Of a DNA stretch of 40,933 nucleotides, positions 20,217 to 31,381 are shown one piece after another. How positions within the stretch are numbered: the first letter of the stretch is position 1; every line of letters starts with the position of its first letter. This DNA comes from Actinomycetota bacterium (GTDB lineage Bacteria > Actinomycetota > Actinomycetes > S36-B12 > UBA5976). A model generated the notes under the pieces. The model was given only the letters and a program-made list of their open reading frames with translations. It had not been told where the DNA came from and made no database searches. The stretch covers positions 1 to 40,933 of the forward strand of contig JBJOKB010000050.1 in assembly GCA_046046315.1 (NCBI GenBank), given 5' to 3'. The translations under genes and the position numbers were made by a program.

Positions 20217-21401
20217 TTACTCTTCTTCTGGTAAAACTTCTTGAGGTCGATTTGATGCACTGCGATTCTTTCTCCAAGCAAAAACCACTCCTATGACTAT
20301 CACTTGACCTATTAAGAACCAGGTCATATTTCTTTGAAAAACCTCTTTTGGCGAAACACCAAAATTAAGCAATAAATTATTTCCTAAAGATCCAGAACTC
20401 AAAAACCCCAAAATACTTAATAATGCCGATAACCCTAGAGACACAAAAAAAGAACTAACTAACCAAATAGAAGTTTTAGAGTTTCGCGTACTAAGTGCAA
20501 TTAATGCACCTAAAACTATTGGAATTACAACCAAGAATTTCGTCCAAGTTGGTAAAGCAGTAGGAATTAATCCAAACCAAGGCCAAGCAGGCAACTGAGA
20601 AATTGTCACGTTATTGAGAGAAATACTTGAGCCTTGTCCAAAGGTCACCGTGGAACTTGTTATCCATGCCCATGACCACAAAACAAAATTTGGCAGCCAA
20701 CCAATACCAGAAATAATTACTGCAACAGTGGCCACAATTCCACCTAGTAATGATGATTGCACCAGGAGCATATTTTCGTAATTAAAACCAATTGCAACCA
20801 AAACAATTAGAGAACCAACCAGAAGCGTTATAAAAGTAAATCTAAATATCAATTTAAATATCTTTTTCACCATTTCATCTAAATCATCAAAAATTAAAGA
20901 CCAAGTTCCGCCCACTGTTCCTACAGCAAAAATCGACATTGATACCACCATTAAAGTGGGTTTGAGCATCACCTCAAACCAATTAATATTTTGAGGATCA
21001 ACAAAGAACCTTAAAATAGCAACTACTCCACAATAAGAAATTGAAGCGACTGAAACTACAAGTAAAGAAATAAGTGTTGGTCTTTTCATCTCTTCATGAA
21101 GAGCAGAACGAATGGCCCACCTAGAAGATCGATAAAGAGAAAGCAGAGTTAATAGTAAAAATCCAAGAAAAGGTAAAGACAAAATTGTTGAATTTATAAC
21201 GAGCGGGACTCCTTGCATAGCAAGGTATCCCCAAATAACAACCTTGAATGCTTCAGAAATTGAAGTAGAACTATCCCCTGCCAATATCCAAGTTGTGAAA
21301 ATAAGTATTACCGAAAGTCCAAAAGTGATTAAGAATGTCCAAAGAGTTACTAAGAGTCCAGCAGTAACAACGCTATGGCGTTGAACTGGGGTATCAATCA
21401 C
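20217..21401 (-). CDS. PerM-like (DUF6350) multi-pass membrane protein
   Basis: About 10 TM segments, WLPNFVLW and LSSGSLG motifs; conserved position downstream of sucD. Confidence 0.65.
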   Translation of the reverse strand: MIDTPVQRHSVVTAGLLVTLWTFLITFGLSVILIFTTWILAGDSSTSISEAFKVVIWGYLAMQGVPLVINSTILSLPFLGFLLLTLLSLYRSSRWAIRSALHEEMKRPTLISLLVVSVASISYCGVVAILRFFVDPQNINWFEVMLKPTLMVVSMSIFAVGTVGGTWSLIFDDLDEMVKKIFKLIFRFTFITLLVGSLIVLVAIGFNYENMLLVQSSLLGGIVATVAVIISGIGWLPNFVLWSWAWITSSTVTFGQGSSISLNNVTISQLPAWPWFGLIPTALPTWTKFLVVIPIVLGALIALSTRNSKTSIWLVSSFFVSLGLSALLSILGFLSSGSLGNNLLLNFGVSPKEVFQRNMTWFLIGQVIVIGVVFAWRKNRSASNRPQEVLPEEE

Positions 21402-21405
21402 AAAT

Positions 21406-22283
<878 letters not shown>

Positions 22284-22284
<1 letters not shown>

Positions 22285-23462
22285 TATTTAACACCTGCTG
22301 CAAGTTGTGCAGCTCTTGCTGCTGCGTCATCCATCGTGTCAACAATTTCAACATTGTCAGGTTTTGCTTCTCGTAAAATTCTTAAACCTTCTTGTGCATT
22401 ATTTCCATCCAAACGAACCACAATTGGTCTTTGCACGTAATTAGAACCTGATTTCAAAATTTCGATTGCTTGAACAATTCCATTTGCCACTGCGTCGCAT
22501 GCGGTAATTCCACCAAAAACATTTACAAAAACTGATTTAACTGAAGGATCAGACAAAATAATTCCAAGACCATCAGCCATAACCTGTGCGGAGGCGCCTC
22601 CACCAATGTCCAAAAAGTTTGCTGGTTTTACTCCCCCAAATTTTTCTCCAGCATAAGCAACAACATCAAGTGTGCTCATAACCAATCCGGCACCATTACC
22701 AATTATTCCTACACTGCCTTCAAGTTTTACATAATTTAAATCTTTTGCTTTAGCAGCTGTTTCTAGCGGATCAACATTTGCTGTATCTACCAAATTTTCA
22801 TTTTCTGCATGTCTGAAATTTGCATTTTCATCAAGAGTTACTTTGCCATCGAGAGCAACTATTCGATCATCATTGGTTCTAACCAGTGGATTGACTTCTA
22901 CTAATGTGGCATCAGTTGCTACAAAAAGTTTCCACATTTTCTCAATCAATGTAGCCACATCTTTTTGAACTTCTTGAGGTATTCCTGCTGCAATAGATAT
23001 TTCCAAAGCCTTATTGCTATCAACTCCACTTAGAGGATCAATTTTGATCATCGCTAATTTTTCAGGCGTTTTTGCTGCTACTTCTTCAATATCCATTCCC
23101 CCAGCAACACTGGCCATGGAAAGAAAAGTTCTGTTTGTTCTATCAAGTAAGAAGGAAACATAATATTCTTCTTTAATATCTTCTGCTGGTGTGATCAAAA
23201 TCTTTTTAACAATATGGCCTTTAATGTCTAAACCTAAAATATTTTTTGCTTTTTCTAAAGCTTCCTCGGGATTATTTGCAAGCTTTACTCCACCGGCTTT
23301 GCCTCGTCCACCAGTTTTTACTTGAGCTTTTACTACTACTGCGCAATTAAATTCAGCTGCTGCTTTTTGAGCATCTTCAGGAGTGCTAACAACTTTTCCA
23401 ACTTGAGTGGTGACACCATGAGAAGCAAAAAGTTCTTTCGCTTGGTATTCGTACAGATCCAC
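22284..23462 (-). CDS. sucC: Succinyl-CoA synthetase beta subunit
   Basis: [44 protein letters not shown]. Confidence 0.97.
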
Positions 23463-23618
23463 TTGTGTTTCTTACTCCTTATATGGCATTCAGACTTTAA
23501 ACAATTGCTCTTAAGCCTATTTGCGAGCAGATTTGAGATGTGAACGGGAGTCAAATGACATTAGTCACTAACCCACCCGACTGTTACTGGTGTGACATCA
23601 GGCAAGGTTGAGGACAAG

Positions 23619-24350
23619 ATGATGAAACTAAAAGCACCAAATAATAGATGGATCTCAGGTTCAATCCTGGTGGTCGCAATTGGTTTAACACTTGCGTTGG
23701 CGTTGCCCTCTAATTTTGCTGGTTCATCAGAACCTGTCGTCGTAGCAGATGCATCAACTGAAATTTCTGTAGCAAATGAAGATGTGGGGGCAGCAGATCT
23801 TCCAATTGTGCAAAATCCTGTAGTCGCAAAATTAGGTGCACCTGGAACAGAAGAAAAAATTCAAAAGTTTAAAGCCCAAGCTGCAGACATTGCTGCTAGA
23901 GAAGCTGCACGCATTGCTGCTGAAAAAGAAAAGAAAGCAGCAGCAAGAAGAGCGCTAAGAGCGAAATACACAGTGAATCCTGCACGAGCAAGAATTTCAG
24001 TTGGTTATGGCAGAAAAGGAAGAATGTGGGATTTAGGTTGGCACACCGGAATTGATTTCAATGGCAATTTCGGAGATTCAGTTTATGCAGCACGAGTAGG
24101 CACAGTAATTTTTACTGGTTGGAGACCTGCATATGGAAGAACAATTGAAATAAGACACCTTGATGGAGTGGTGACTCGTTATGCACATTTATCTCGCATA
24201 AGAGTTGAAGCTGGACAAGAAGTTGACGTAGGACAGCGCATAGGAAACATTGGCGCATCCGGAAATGCTTTTGGTGCACATTTACATTTTGAAACTTTAA
24301 TTAATGGAAATTACAAGAATCCTGGAATTTGGCTTTGGGGATCTGACTAA
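23619..24350 (+). CDS. M23 family metalloendopeptidase (membrane-anchored or secreted)
   Basis: N-terminal hydrophobic helix, coiled-coil linker, HTGID, YAHL, HLHFE; ATG at 23619/23622 after GAGGA preferred over GTG at 23592. Confidence 0.92.
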   Translation: MMKLKAPNNRWISGSILVVAIGLTLALALPSNFAGSSEPVVVADASTEISVANEDVGAADLPIVQNPVVAKLGAPGTEEKIQKFKAQAADIAAREAARIAAEKEKKAAARRALRAKYTVNPARARISVGYGRKGRMWDLGWHTGIDFNGNFGDSVYAARVGTVIFTGWRPAYGRTIEIRHLDGVVTRYAHLSRIRVEAGQEVDVGQRIGNIGASGNAFGAHLHFETLINGNYKNPGIWLWGSD

Positions 24351-24351
24351 C

Positions 24352-26571
24352 TTAAAGCTTTTCCACCGGTGCATATCTAAGTAATAAACGTTTTATTCCA
24401 TGTGAACCAAAATCAATTGTAGCCTCGGCACTTTCCCCACTTCCCCCGGTTTCAGTAACGGTTCCTAAACCAAATCTTTCATGCAAAACTTTGTCTGAAA
24501 CATTAAGAATTAAATACTGCTTAGGTTCTTTGGGCTTACTTGCTCGTGACATGGCAGGTGCTGCTCCAAAACCACCAGAAGAAACAGGTTGATTAATTGG
24601 CTCTAATCTTTGCCAACTTATAAGTGACGCAGGTATTTCATCTAAGAATCTAGAACTTGGATTGTAAGAGGGAGCACCCCACACAGATCTAGTTACTGAG
24701 CGGGTTACATAAAGTCTTTCTCTTGCTCGTGTGATTCCAACATAAGCAAGTCTTCTTTCTTCTGATAATTCTTTTTCATTTGTTTGCGACCTAGCATGAG
24801 GAAAAATTCCTTCCTCCATTCCCGTTAGAAAAGTGATTGGAAATTCCAATCCTTTTGCGGTGTGCAAAGTCATTAGAGTGATCAATCCTTCTTCGTTTCC
24901 TGGCACATCATCTGAATCTGCAACCAGCGAAACATGTTCTAGGAATTGCGCTAAGCCGTTTTCTCCAGCGGAATGGCTTGCTTCAAATTCTCGGGCAACT
25001 GATTCAAGTTCTGTTAGGTTTTCAACTCTTCCTTGATCTTGTGCATCATCTGAATTAAAAAGAATTTCTAAGTACCCTGTTTTTTCCAAAACGGCGTGAA
25101 CAATTTCCGAAGGTTTAACATCTGCTAAAAACATCTCTCTAAAACTTTGCATCATCTCGGAAAACTCAACCAAAGATGAACTTGCTTTGGTACTTAATTC
25201 ACTTATTTTTGCGGCTTGTGCAATTGCTTGCCCATAACTTAATTTATTCTTTCTAGCAAAATTATCGATTACATCTTCGGCCTTATCACCAATTCCTCTT
25301 TTAGGAACATTGATAATTCTTCTTAAAGATAATTCGTCATCAAGATTAATAATTGCTCTTAGATAAGCCAGGATGTCCTTAACTTCTTTTCTCTCGTAAA
25401 ACTTTAATCCGCCGACTACCCGGTAGGGAACTCCAATTCTTATAAAAACTTCTTCTAAAGCTCGAGATTGATTATTTGTTCTATAAAAAACAGCAATCTG
25501 TCCGTACTTATAGTCATGTTCTTCTCTAAGTCTTTCTATTTCTAAAGCAACAAATGACGCTTCATCATGTTCATTGTCTGCGACATAACCAACTATTGGC
25601 TCCCCACTACCAGCATCTGTCCAAAGTTTCTTTTCTCTTCTTTCAGCATTTTGAGAAATAACAGCATTTGCAGCAGTTAAAATATTTTGAGTTGAACGAT
25701 AATTTTGTTCTAAAAGAATTGTTTTTGCTTCTGGATAATCTCTTTCAAATTCTTCAATATTTCTAATTGTTGCCCCACGAAATGCATAAATAGACTGATC
25801 CGCATCTCCTACGACGCAAAGTTCTCCTGGAACTAAACCATCTTTTGTAGTTCCAACCAATTCTTTGATCAACATGTATTGAGCATGGTTTGTGTCTTGA
25901 TACTCATCAACCAAAATGTGTTTAAATCTTGATCGGTACTTTTGTTTAACATCAGGAAATAGTTGCAGCAGGGCAACAGTGGCGCCAATTAAATCATCAA
26001 AATCAAATGCATTTGCTCTGGCAAGTCTTCGATCGTAATCTCCATAAACTTGAGCAACTAATTTTTCTTGTTCCGTTTCAGCTTTACTCATAAAGGTTTC
26101 GTGGTCAATTAGTTCACTTTTTAAAGTAGATATTTGATTAGCGATAGATCTTGGACTTAGTGCTTTTGAATTAATATCTAAACTTGCGGCAACCATGGTG
26201 ATTAAACGAAGAGAATCAGCGGAATCATAAATTGAAAAATTTGAAGTTCTACCTAGACGTGAAGCTTCACCTCTTAAAATTCGAACACAAGCAGAGTGAA
26301 ATGTTGAAACCCACATCATTCGAGCAGGGCCACCAACTAAATCAGCCACCCTTTCTTTCATTTCCCCTGCTGCTTTATTGGTGAAAGTAATAGCCAAAAT
26401 TTCATGAGGGGCAACACCGCGATCACTCATTAAATAGGCGATTCGTCTTGTTAAAACTCGTGTTTTGCCAGAACCAGCGCCAGCAACAATTAAGAGAGGG
26501 GAACCCTGATGAGTTACCGCTGCTCTTTGCTGAGGATTCAAATCATCTAAAGCCGATTGATTAACAGACAT
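24352..26571 (-). CDS. pcrA: ATP-dependent DNA helicase PcrA/UvrD1
   Basis: AGAGSGKT, AITFTNKAA, VDEYQDTN, VGDADQSIYAFRGA, TLHTAKGLEF, EERRLAYVGITRA. Confidence 0.97.
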   Translation of the reverse strand: MSVNQSALDDLNPQQRAAVTHQGSPLLIVAGAGSGKTRVLTRRIAYLMSDRGVAPHEILAITFTNKAAGEMKERVADLVGGPARMMWVSTFHSACVRILRGEASRLGRTSNFSIYDSADSLRLITMVAASLDINSKALSPRSIANQISTLKSELIDHETFMSKAETEQEKLVAQVYGDYDRRLARANAFDFDDLIGATVALLQLFPDVKQKYRSRFKHILVDEYQDTNHAQYMLIKELVGTTKDGLVPGELCVVGDADQSIYAFRGATIRNIEEFERDYPEAKTILLEQNYRSTQNILTAANAVISQNAERREKKLWTDAGSGEPIVGYVADNEHDEASFVALEIERLREEHDYKYGQIAVFYRTNNQSRALEEVFIRIGVPYRVVGGLKFYERKEVKDILAYLRAIINLDDELSLRRIINVPKRGIGDKAEDVIDNFARKNKLSYGQAIAQAAKISELSTKASSSLVEFSEMMQSFREMFLADVKPSEIVHAVLEKTGYLEILFNSDDAQDQGRVENLTELESVAREFEASHSAGENGLAQFLEHVSLVADSDDVPGNEEGLITLMTLHTAKGLEFPITFLTGMEEGIFPHARSQTNEKELSEERRLAYVGITRARERLYVTRSVTRSVWGAPSYNPSSRFLDEIPASLISWQRLEPINQPVSSGGFGAAPAMSRASKPKEPKQYLILNVSDKVLHERFGLGTVTETGGSGESAEATIDFGSHGIKRLLLRYAPVEKL

Positions 26572-26594
26572 TGCTTAAGTCTAAGTTGTTACCT

Positions 26595-27332
26595 ATGAGT
26601 TCACCTGTTCTAACACCTCTAGAGCTACCTAAATCTGGTGCCAAAGTTTTAGTTATCACAGCACATCCTGACGATGTTGATTTTGGTGCCGGCGGAACTA
26701 TTGCAACTTTGACAAAACTTGGCGTGGAAGTTACTTACTGCATAACTACAGATGGTCATCAAGGTGGTGAAGATGAATCAATTAGTAGAGACGAGATGCG
26801 AAAAATCAGAAGAGTGGAACAAACGGCTGCAGGAAAAATACTTGGAGTAAATAACATTCATTATTTAGGAAAAGATGATGGTTCAATTGTGCCAAGTCTT
26901 TCTTTACGGGAAGAATTTGTCAGAATTATTCGAATGGCAAAACCCGACATATTGATAACTCAATCTCCAGAAAGAAATTGGGCTCGAATGCCTGCCTCCC
27001 ATCCAGATCACATGGCAGTTGGAGAAGTTGCCGTGCAAGCCGTTTACCCAGATGCTAGAAATAAATTTGCTTTTCCACATTTACTAAAAGAAGGTCTGCA
27101 ACCGTGGAATGTGCCAAAAATATGGGTAATGTCCCATCATTCACCTACCAGATACTTAGATATAACAGAAAACATCGAATTAAAATTTCAAGCTTTGGAA
27201 TCTCATAAATCACAAACAGCGCATGTCACAGACTTAAGAGAACGAGTAACAGGATGGATGACATTGGCCTCAAAAGCAGCGAACCTGCCCGAAGGCAGGT
27301 TCGCTGAAATGTTTTTTGAAGTTAACGCTTAA
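26595..27332 (+). CDS. PIG-L/LmbE family zinc deacetylase
   Basis: AHPDDVDFG, RRVEQ, HPDH, HKSQ; ATG at 26595 preferred (TAAGTT 7 nt upstream). Confidence 0.9.
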   Translation: MSSPVLTPLELPKSGAKVLVITAHPDDVDFGAGGTIATLTKLGVEVTYCITTDGHQGGEDESISRDEMRKIRRVEQTAAGKILGVNNIHYLGKDDGSIVPSLSLREEFVRIIRMAKPDILITQSPERNWARMPASHPDHMAVGEVAVQAVYPDARNKFAFPHLLKEGLQPWNVPKIWVMSHHSPTRYLDITENIELKFQALESHKSQTAHVTDLRERVTGWMTLASKAANLPEGRFAEMFFEVNA

Positions 27333-27676
27333 ACATAAACTGCCACTGCCATATTTGCCAGTGTCAGTAATCCAATCAATCCCCAAATAGCTGTTGAAAC
27401 TGAAGGTTTTTTTCGATTTATAAAAACTAAAACTGTTATTACCAAAACCACCAGTAATTTAATAGAAATTTTGGTCATATTCAGTTCTTCATCGACTGCT
27501 CCAGATTCTGCAAGACCTACCAAGGCAACACCTGTTACTAATTGAGTCAATGCTCCGTGGAACATTGCAGGGTTTACTGTTTTAATTTTGGATTTCATCT
27601 GTACAAAAAATCCACCAAATAATGCAGCAAGACCAATAAAGTGCGCTAACACAAATGATTTATAAGTAATGTCCAT
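27329..27676 (-). CDS. Small 4-TM actinobacterial membrane protein of unknown function
   Basis: HFIGLAALFGG, MFHGALTQLVTG, KISIKL; hydrophobic pattern. Confidence 0.75.
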   Translation of the reverse strand: MDITYKSFVLAHFIGLAALFGGFFVQMKSKIKTVNPAMFHGALTQLVTGVALVGLAESGAVDEELNMTKISIKLLVVLVITVLVFINRKKPSVSTAIWGLIGLLTLANMAVAVYV

Positions 27677-27709
27677 ATTTAAAGAATACGCTTCTGATAC
27701 ATTTAAAAT

Positions 27710-28438
27710 ATGAAAACACGCAGCGTTTTAATAACCGTAATGGCAAGTTCTATCGTTGTTTCCTTGGGAATTTTCTTTGGACTTTGGTATGTCTCTGGTG
27801 GGCTCAGTGATAGGGGTAGAAAAGGTATTACTGTAACCGGATCAGCACAAGTAGAAGCTAAAGCAGACACAGCGGTTTGGAATATTTACATAAATACACA
27901 ACTTGCATCAATTTCTGAAGCAGTGGCAAAAGTTGATACAGACACAAAAGCCTTAACTGAATACTTAATTTCCCAGGGAATTTCCGCAAGTGAAATCACC
28001 TCTTTTGGTGTATCAACTTCTACTGCTTTTGAGGTAGCCAATGGAACTCAATCTTCAAACATAATTGGTTATGTTGCAAATAATTCATTAAGAGTTAGAA
28101 CAAAAGAAGTTTTAAAAGTAAAAACGGCTAGTGAAAATATTGGACAAGTTCTTCAAACAGGAATTTCTGCTAGTTCAGGTAGCCCTGAATATTACTTATC
28201 TAACCTGGCAGAACTAAGACCTAAAGTTATCGAAGAAGCAGTTGCTGATGCCAAAACTAGAGCAACTGCAATGGTTGTAGCGATCGGTGGAAAAGTAGGA
28301 GATCCAATTTCGGGATCGAGCGGTTCGGTGCAAGTAAACCCTCCAGATTCTGTTGAATCAGAGTATGGAAGTTATGACACATCAACAATTGAGAAAAGCG
28401 TTCGAGCAGTTGTTAGTGTTACTTTCCAAGTAAATTAA
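27710..28438 (+). CDS. SIMPL (DUF541) domain protein
   Basis: N-terminal TM helix, ITVTGSAQVEAKADTA, AVADAKTRA, VSVTF C-terminus. Confidence 0.85.
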   Translation: MKTRSVLITVMASSIVVSLGIFFGLWYVSGGLSDRGRKGITVTGSAQVEAKADTAVWNIYINTQLASISEAVAKVDTDTKALTEYLISQGISASEITSFGVSTSTAFEVANGTQSSNIIGYVANNSLRVRTKEVLKVKTASENIGQVLQTGISASSGSPEYYLSNLAELRPKVIEEAVADAKTRATAMVVAIGGKVGDPISGSSGSVQVNPPDSVESEYGSYDTSTIEKSVRAVVSVTFQVN

Positions 28439-29553
28439 GACTTGACAGAATTTATAACGACTTCAATTCTTTGTAACTCTTTCAAATCGCTGTAGCCAGT
28501 TGTGGCCATTGCCTGCTTAAGCGCTCCTACTAAATTAAGTGTTCCTTCTGCATTAATTGAGGGACCAAACAAAATCTGTTCCAATGTTCCAGCAATACCA
28601 AGTTCTACAACTTGACCTCTTGGTAAATCTTTATGAACTGCTTCAGAACCCCAATGCTTACCAGCACCTGGAGCACTACTTGATCTTGCTAATGCCGAAC
28701 CAACCATTACAGCATCTGCACCCATTGCAATAGCTTTACTAATATCGCCACTTTTACCAACTGAACCATCTGCAATTACGTGAACGTATCTTCCTTCTGA
28801 TTCATCTAAATATTCTCTACGGGCTGCTGCTACATCAGCTACAGCTGTTGCCATCGGAACTCTCACGCCTAAAACATCTGCTGTGGTGTGAGCTGCTCCG
28901 CCACCAAAGCCAACTAAAACTCCTGCTGCACCTGTTCTCATCAAATGCAAACCTGCTTGGTGTGATGCGCATCCTCCAACAATTACCGGAACATCTAATT
29001 CATAAATAAACTTTTTCAAATTCAATGGCTCATCACCAGTTGAAACATGTTCAGCACTTACTGTTGTGCCTCGAATTACAAAAATATCAATACCTGCTTC
29101 TACAACAGATTTAGAATGTTTAACAACTGCGCGTGGAGAAAGCGATGCAGCAGCAACAACACCGGCTGATTTAATTTGTTGAATTCGTTCTTTGATTAGT
29201 TCTGGTTTTATCGGGGCTGAATAAATTTGTTGTAATAATTCAACAGCAGAACTTGATTTTGAATTAGCTATTTTTTTAAATTCACTTTGTGGATCTTCGT
29301 AACGAGTCCATAAACCTTCTAAATCTAAAACTGCTAAACCACCTAGTTGGCCATATTTGATTGCGATTTCAGGAGAAACAACTGAATCCATAGGGGCAGC
29401 CACAATTGGGAAAGCAAAGTCGTAGGCATCTATTTTCCAACTTGTAGAAACATCTTCTGGATTTCTAGTTCTTCTAGTTGGAACTAGAGCAATATCGTCG
29501 AATGAATATGCGATTCGACCTCGCTTAGTACCACCGATTTCTACTTCAGCCAC
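28435..29553 (-). CDS. guaB3: GuaB3 family IMP dehydrogenase-related protein
   Basis: YSFDDIALVPTRRTRNPEDVS, APMDSVV, LEGLWTRY, HLMRTGAAGVLVGFGGG, AMATTGYSDLKE. Confidence 0.92.
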   Translation of the reverse strand: MAEVEIGGTKRGRIAYSFDDIALVPTRRTRNPEDVSTSWKIDAYDFAFPIVAAPMDSVVSPEIAIKYGQLGGLAVLDLEGLWTRYEDPQSEFKKIANSKSSSAVELLQQIYSAPIKPELIKERIQQIKSAGVVAAASLSPRAVVKHSKSVVEAGIDIFVIRGTTVSAEHVSTGDEPLNLKKFIYELDVPVIVGGCASHQAGLHLMRTGAAGVLVGFGGGAAHTTADVLGVRVPMATAVADVAAARREYLDESEGRYVHVIADGSVGKSGDISKAIAMGADAVMVGSALARSSSAPGAGKHWGSEAVHKDLPRGQVVELGIAGTLEQILFGPSINAEGTLNLVGALKQAMATTGYSDLKELQRIEVVINSVKS

Positions 29554-29621
29554 AATGAAGAAGCCTATCTTGCAGCCTCCAACTCTGCGCTTTAGTAACC
29601 CGCAAAACCACTAAGTATTGC

Positions 29622-30209
29622 TCAAATGATGTTCCAGCGAATCCCTTGAGCCACCCCATGGGTTCGATTTTTTACTCTTAGTTTGGCAAAGATTCTTCTC
29701 TCATGAGTTTTAACCGTAGGAAGAGAAATTTTTAGCTCCTGAGATATTTGTTGATCACTTTTACCCCTAGATAAGAAGTGCAAAATTTCGATTTCTCGAA
29801 CTGTTAACTTGGGAGTTTTTCCTTTTGGTGTTTTCATTTTTGAAATCATCTTGTCCTTTGCCTTACCTACCAAAAGGGCAGCTATCAAAATTTGAAACTC
29901 TAATTCGGTTGATTCTGTCTTGATTATGGCGTCAGAAAACTTCAAAACGGCAGGACTAATTTCATTTATTTGATTCGGTTTAATGATTAATGCAAAACTT
30001 CTTTTTGGAACAATATGTTTTTTTCTTATTTTTGACGCTGCTAGTGGATTCAAAAATATCAAATTTGGATTAATTTGTTCAATTGACTTGGTGATGAATC
30101 TATCTTGTGTGCAGAAGTGTAATTCTGTTACTAGCTTAGATTTTTGAATTTTAGATTGTAAATTTTTAATCAAAGTAGGACTGGATTCACAGACTAATAC
30201 TTTCATCAC
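29622..30209 (-). CDS. NarL/LuxR-family atypical response regulator, BldM-like, with eroded receiver domain
   Basis: C-terminal LTVREIEIL...TVKTHERRIFAKL...GVAQGIRW resembles the Streptomyces BldM HTH; VLVCESSP N-terminus; position between whiD and guaB3. Confidence 0.75.
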   Translation of the reverse strand: MMKVLVCESSPTLIKNLQSKIQKSKLVTELHFCTQDRFITKSIEQINPNLIFLNPLAASKIRKKHIVPKRSFALIIKPNQINEISPAVLKFSDAIIKTESTELEFQILIAALLVGKAKDKMISKMKTPKGKTPKLTVREIEILHFLSRGKSDQQISQELKISLPTVKTHERRIFAKLRVKNRTHGVAQGIRWNII

Positions 30210-30245
30210 ATAAATGTGACGAGGGAAAAGATTAAAAGGTTTCTG

Positions 30246-31238
30246 CTACTGCCCTACTGCGTTACAAATTGCAGTGATTGTGGAAGATAAATCCCCAGCT
30301 CTTTTAAATCCTTGAGGCAATTTATCGGGCCACCCAGGTCCTGCCATTAATAACAATGGGGTGGGACGTGCATTTATTAAGTTTTCAAATTCTGCAGGTA
30401 TTGCTTTAACTGGAACTTGTCCCCAAATCAAAACAGCAGCCGGAGCTAATCTTTTAATTGCACTTAACAGAGAGGAATGGGGAACCCGTGCTCCTAAAGC
30501 TCTACTTCCCACTCTTCGTTCAGCTAATGCCGCAGCAGCAACGTACTGCGGAATAGTGTGTAAATCATCTGGCGCAGAAGCTAAAAGTACAGGTCTAATG
30601 TTTACTGGTGCAATTAGTTGATCTGCTCTTTGTTTCATCTGTCCAATAATGGATTCACTTAAAATATGTTCTGATTCAATTCCCTCACCAGTCAATTCCC
30701 ATTTCTTTCCCATGGCAAATAGAACTGGGGTTAACAATTTTTCCCAAGTCCAAATAACACCGCGAGCATGAATACTGTTTTGAATCAACTGTGAACAAGC
30801 AGGAGCATCAAGTGAATAAGCTGCTTTTGCTAATCCCCTGGCAATTGCCGGAGCACCTTGCATCGATAAAACAGCTCCGCCACCTGGGTGGCCAAATTCT
30901 GATTCAATTCCCAATTCATTCAAAACAGTATCGATTTTGTTGCCCAATGTATTTGTGTCCATTAAAGAAATTTCTTGAACGTTGTTCATTTCTGAATTAA
31001 GTGCTACTCGTGCCGCTTCTCCAGCTGGCATTCCCGATAAAACTAAACGTCTCATAAGTTCCAGGCGTGCAATATCTGTGATGCAGTAGCGACGATGCCC
31101 CCCGGAAGATCGATCACTTGGACAAAGTCCATAGCGACGTTCCCAGGTTCGAAGGGTTGCTGGGGCAACACCAACTCGTCTGGCGACCACGGCAACGGTC
31201 AAACCCAGTGAGATTTGGTCTGCTTCGTATTCGGACAT
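30246..31238 (-). CDS. MerR-family regulator with cobalamin-binding domain (CarH/LitR-like)
   Basis: HTH VARRVGVAPATLRTWERRYG...GGHRRY; W-x9-EH (WELTGEGIESEH); DLH in RPVLLASAPDDLHTIP; ATG at 31238 preferred. Confidence 0.85.
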   Translation of the reverse strand: MSEYEADQISLGLTVAVVARRVGVAPATLRTWERRYGLCPSDRSSGGHRRYCITDIARLELMRRLVLSGMPAGEAARVALNSEMNNVQEISLMDTNTLGNKIDTVLNELGIESEFGHPGGGAVLSMQGAPAIARGLAKAAYSLDAPACSQLIQNSIHARGVIWTWEKLLTPVLFAMGKKWELTGEGIESEHILSESIIGQMKQRADQLIAPVNIRPVLLASAPDDLHTIPQYVAAAALAERRVGSRALGARVPHSSLLSAIKRLAPAAVLIWGQVPVKAIPAEFENLINARPTPLLLMAGPGWPDKLPQGFKRAGDLSSTITAICNAVGQ

Positions 31239-31285
31239 AGGCCAATTCTCTCTCGGTTGAACAACTTTGGCCAATCGTAAGGCCG

Positions 31286-31301
31286 TGAGAGAGACTTCAC
31301 A
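31286..31301. promoter_or_regulatory. CRP/GlxR-like site in the merR-whiD divergent region
   Basis: TGAGA-GAGACT-TCACA, one mismatch to TGTGA-N6-TCACA. Confidence 0.4.
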
Positions 31302-31321
31302 AAATTAGTCAGGGGGCATGA

Positions 31322-31351
31322 TTGACTAAGTTATGAACAATATTCTATATT
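31322..31351 (+). promoter_or_regulatory. Housekeeping sigma promoter of whiD
   Basis: TTGACT-18 nt-TATATT, followed by AAAGGA SD before ATG 31382. Confidence 0.6.
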
Positions 31352-31381
31352 GGAAGATATCACCGAAACAAAAGGAAAATC

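Noticed and set aside
23463-23618. c-di-AMP riboswitch or MtrA box upstream of the M23 peptidase (GTCAC, GTTAC, GTGAC pentamers; TGACATTAGTCA)
   Set aside because: No ydaO consensus, and the pentamer spacing does not fit a clean direct-repeat operator
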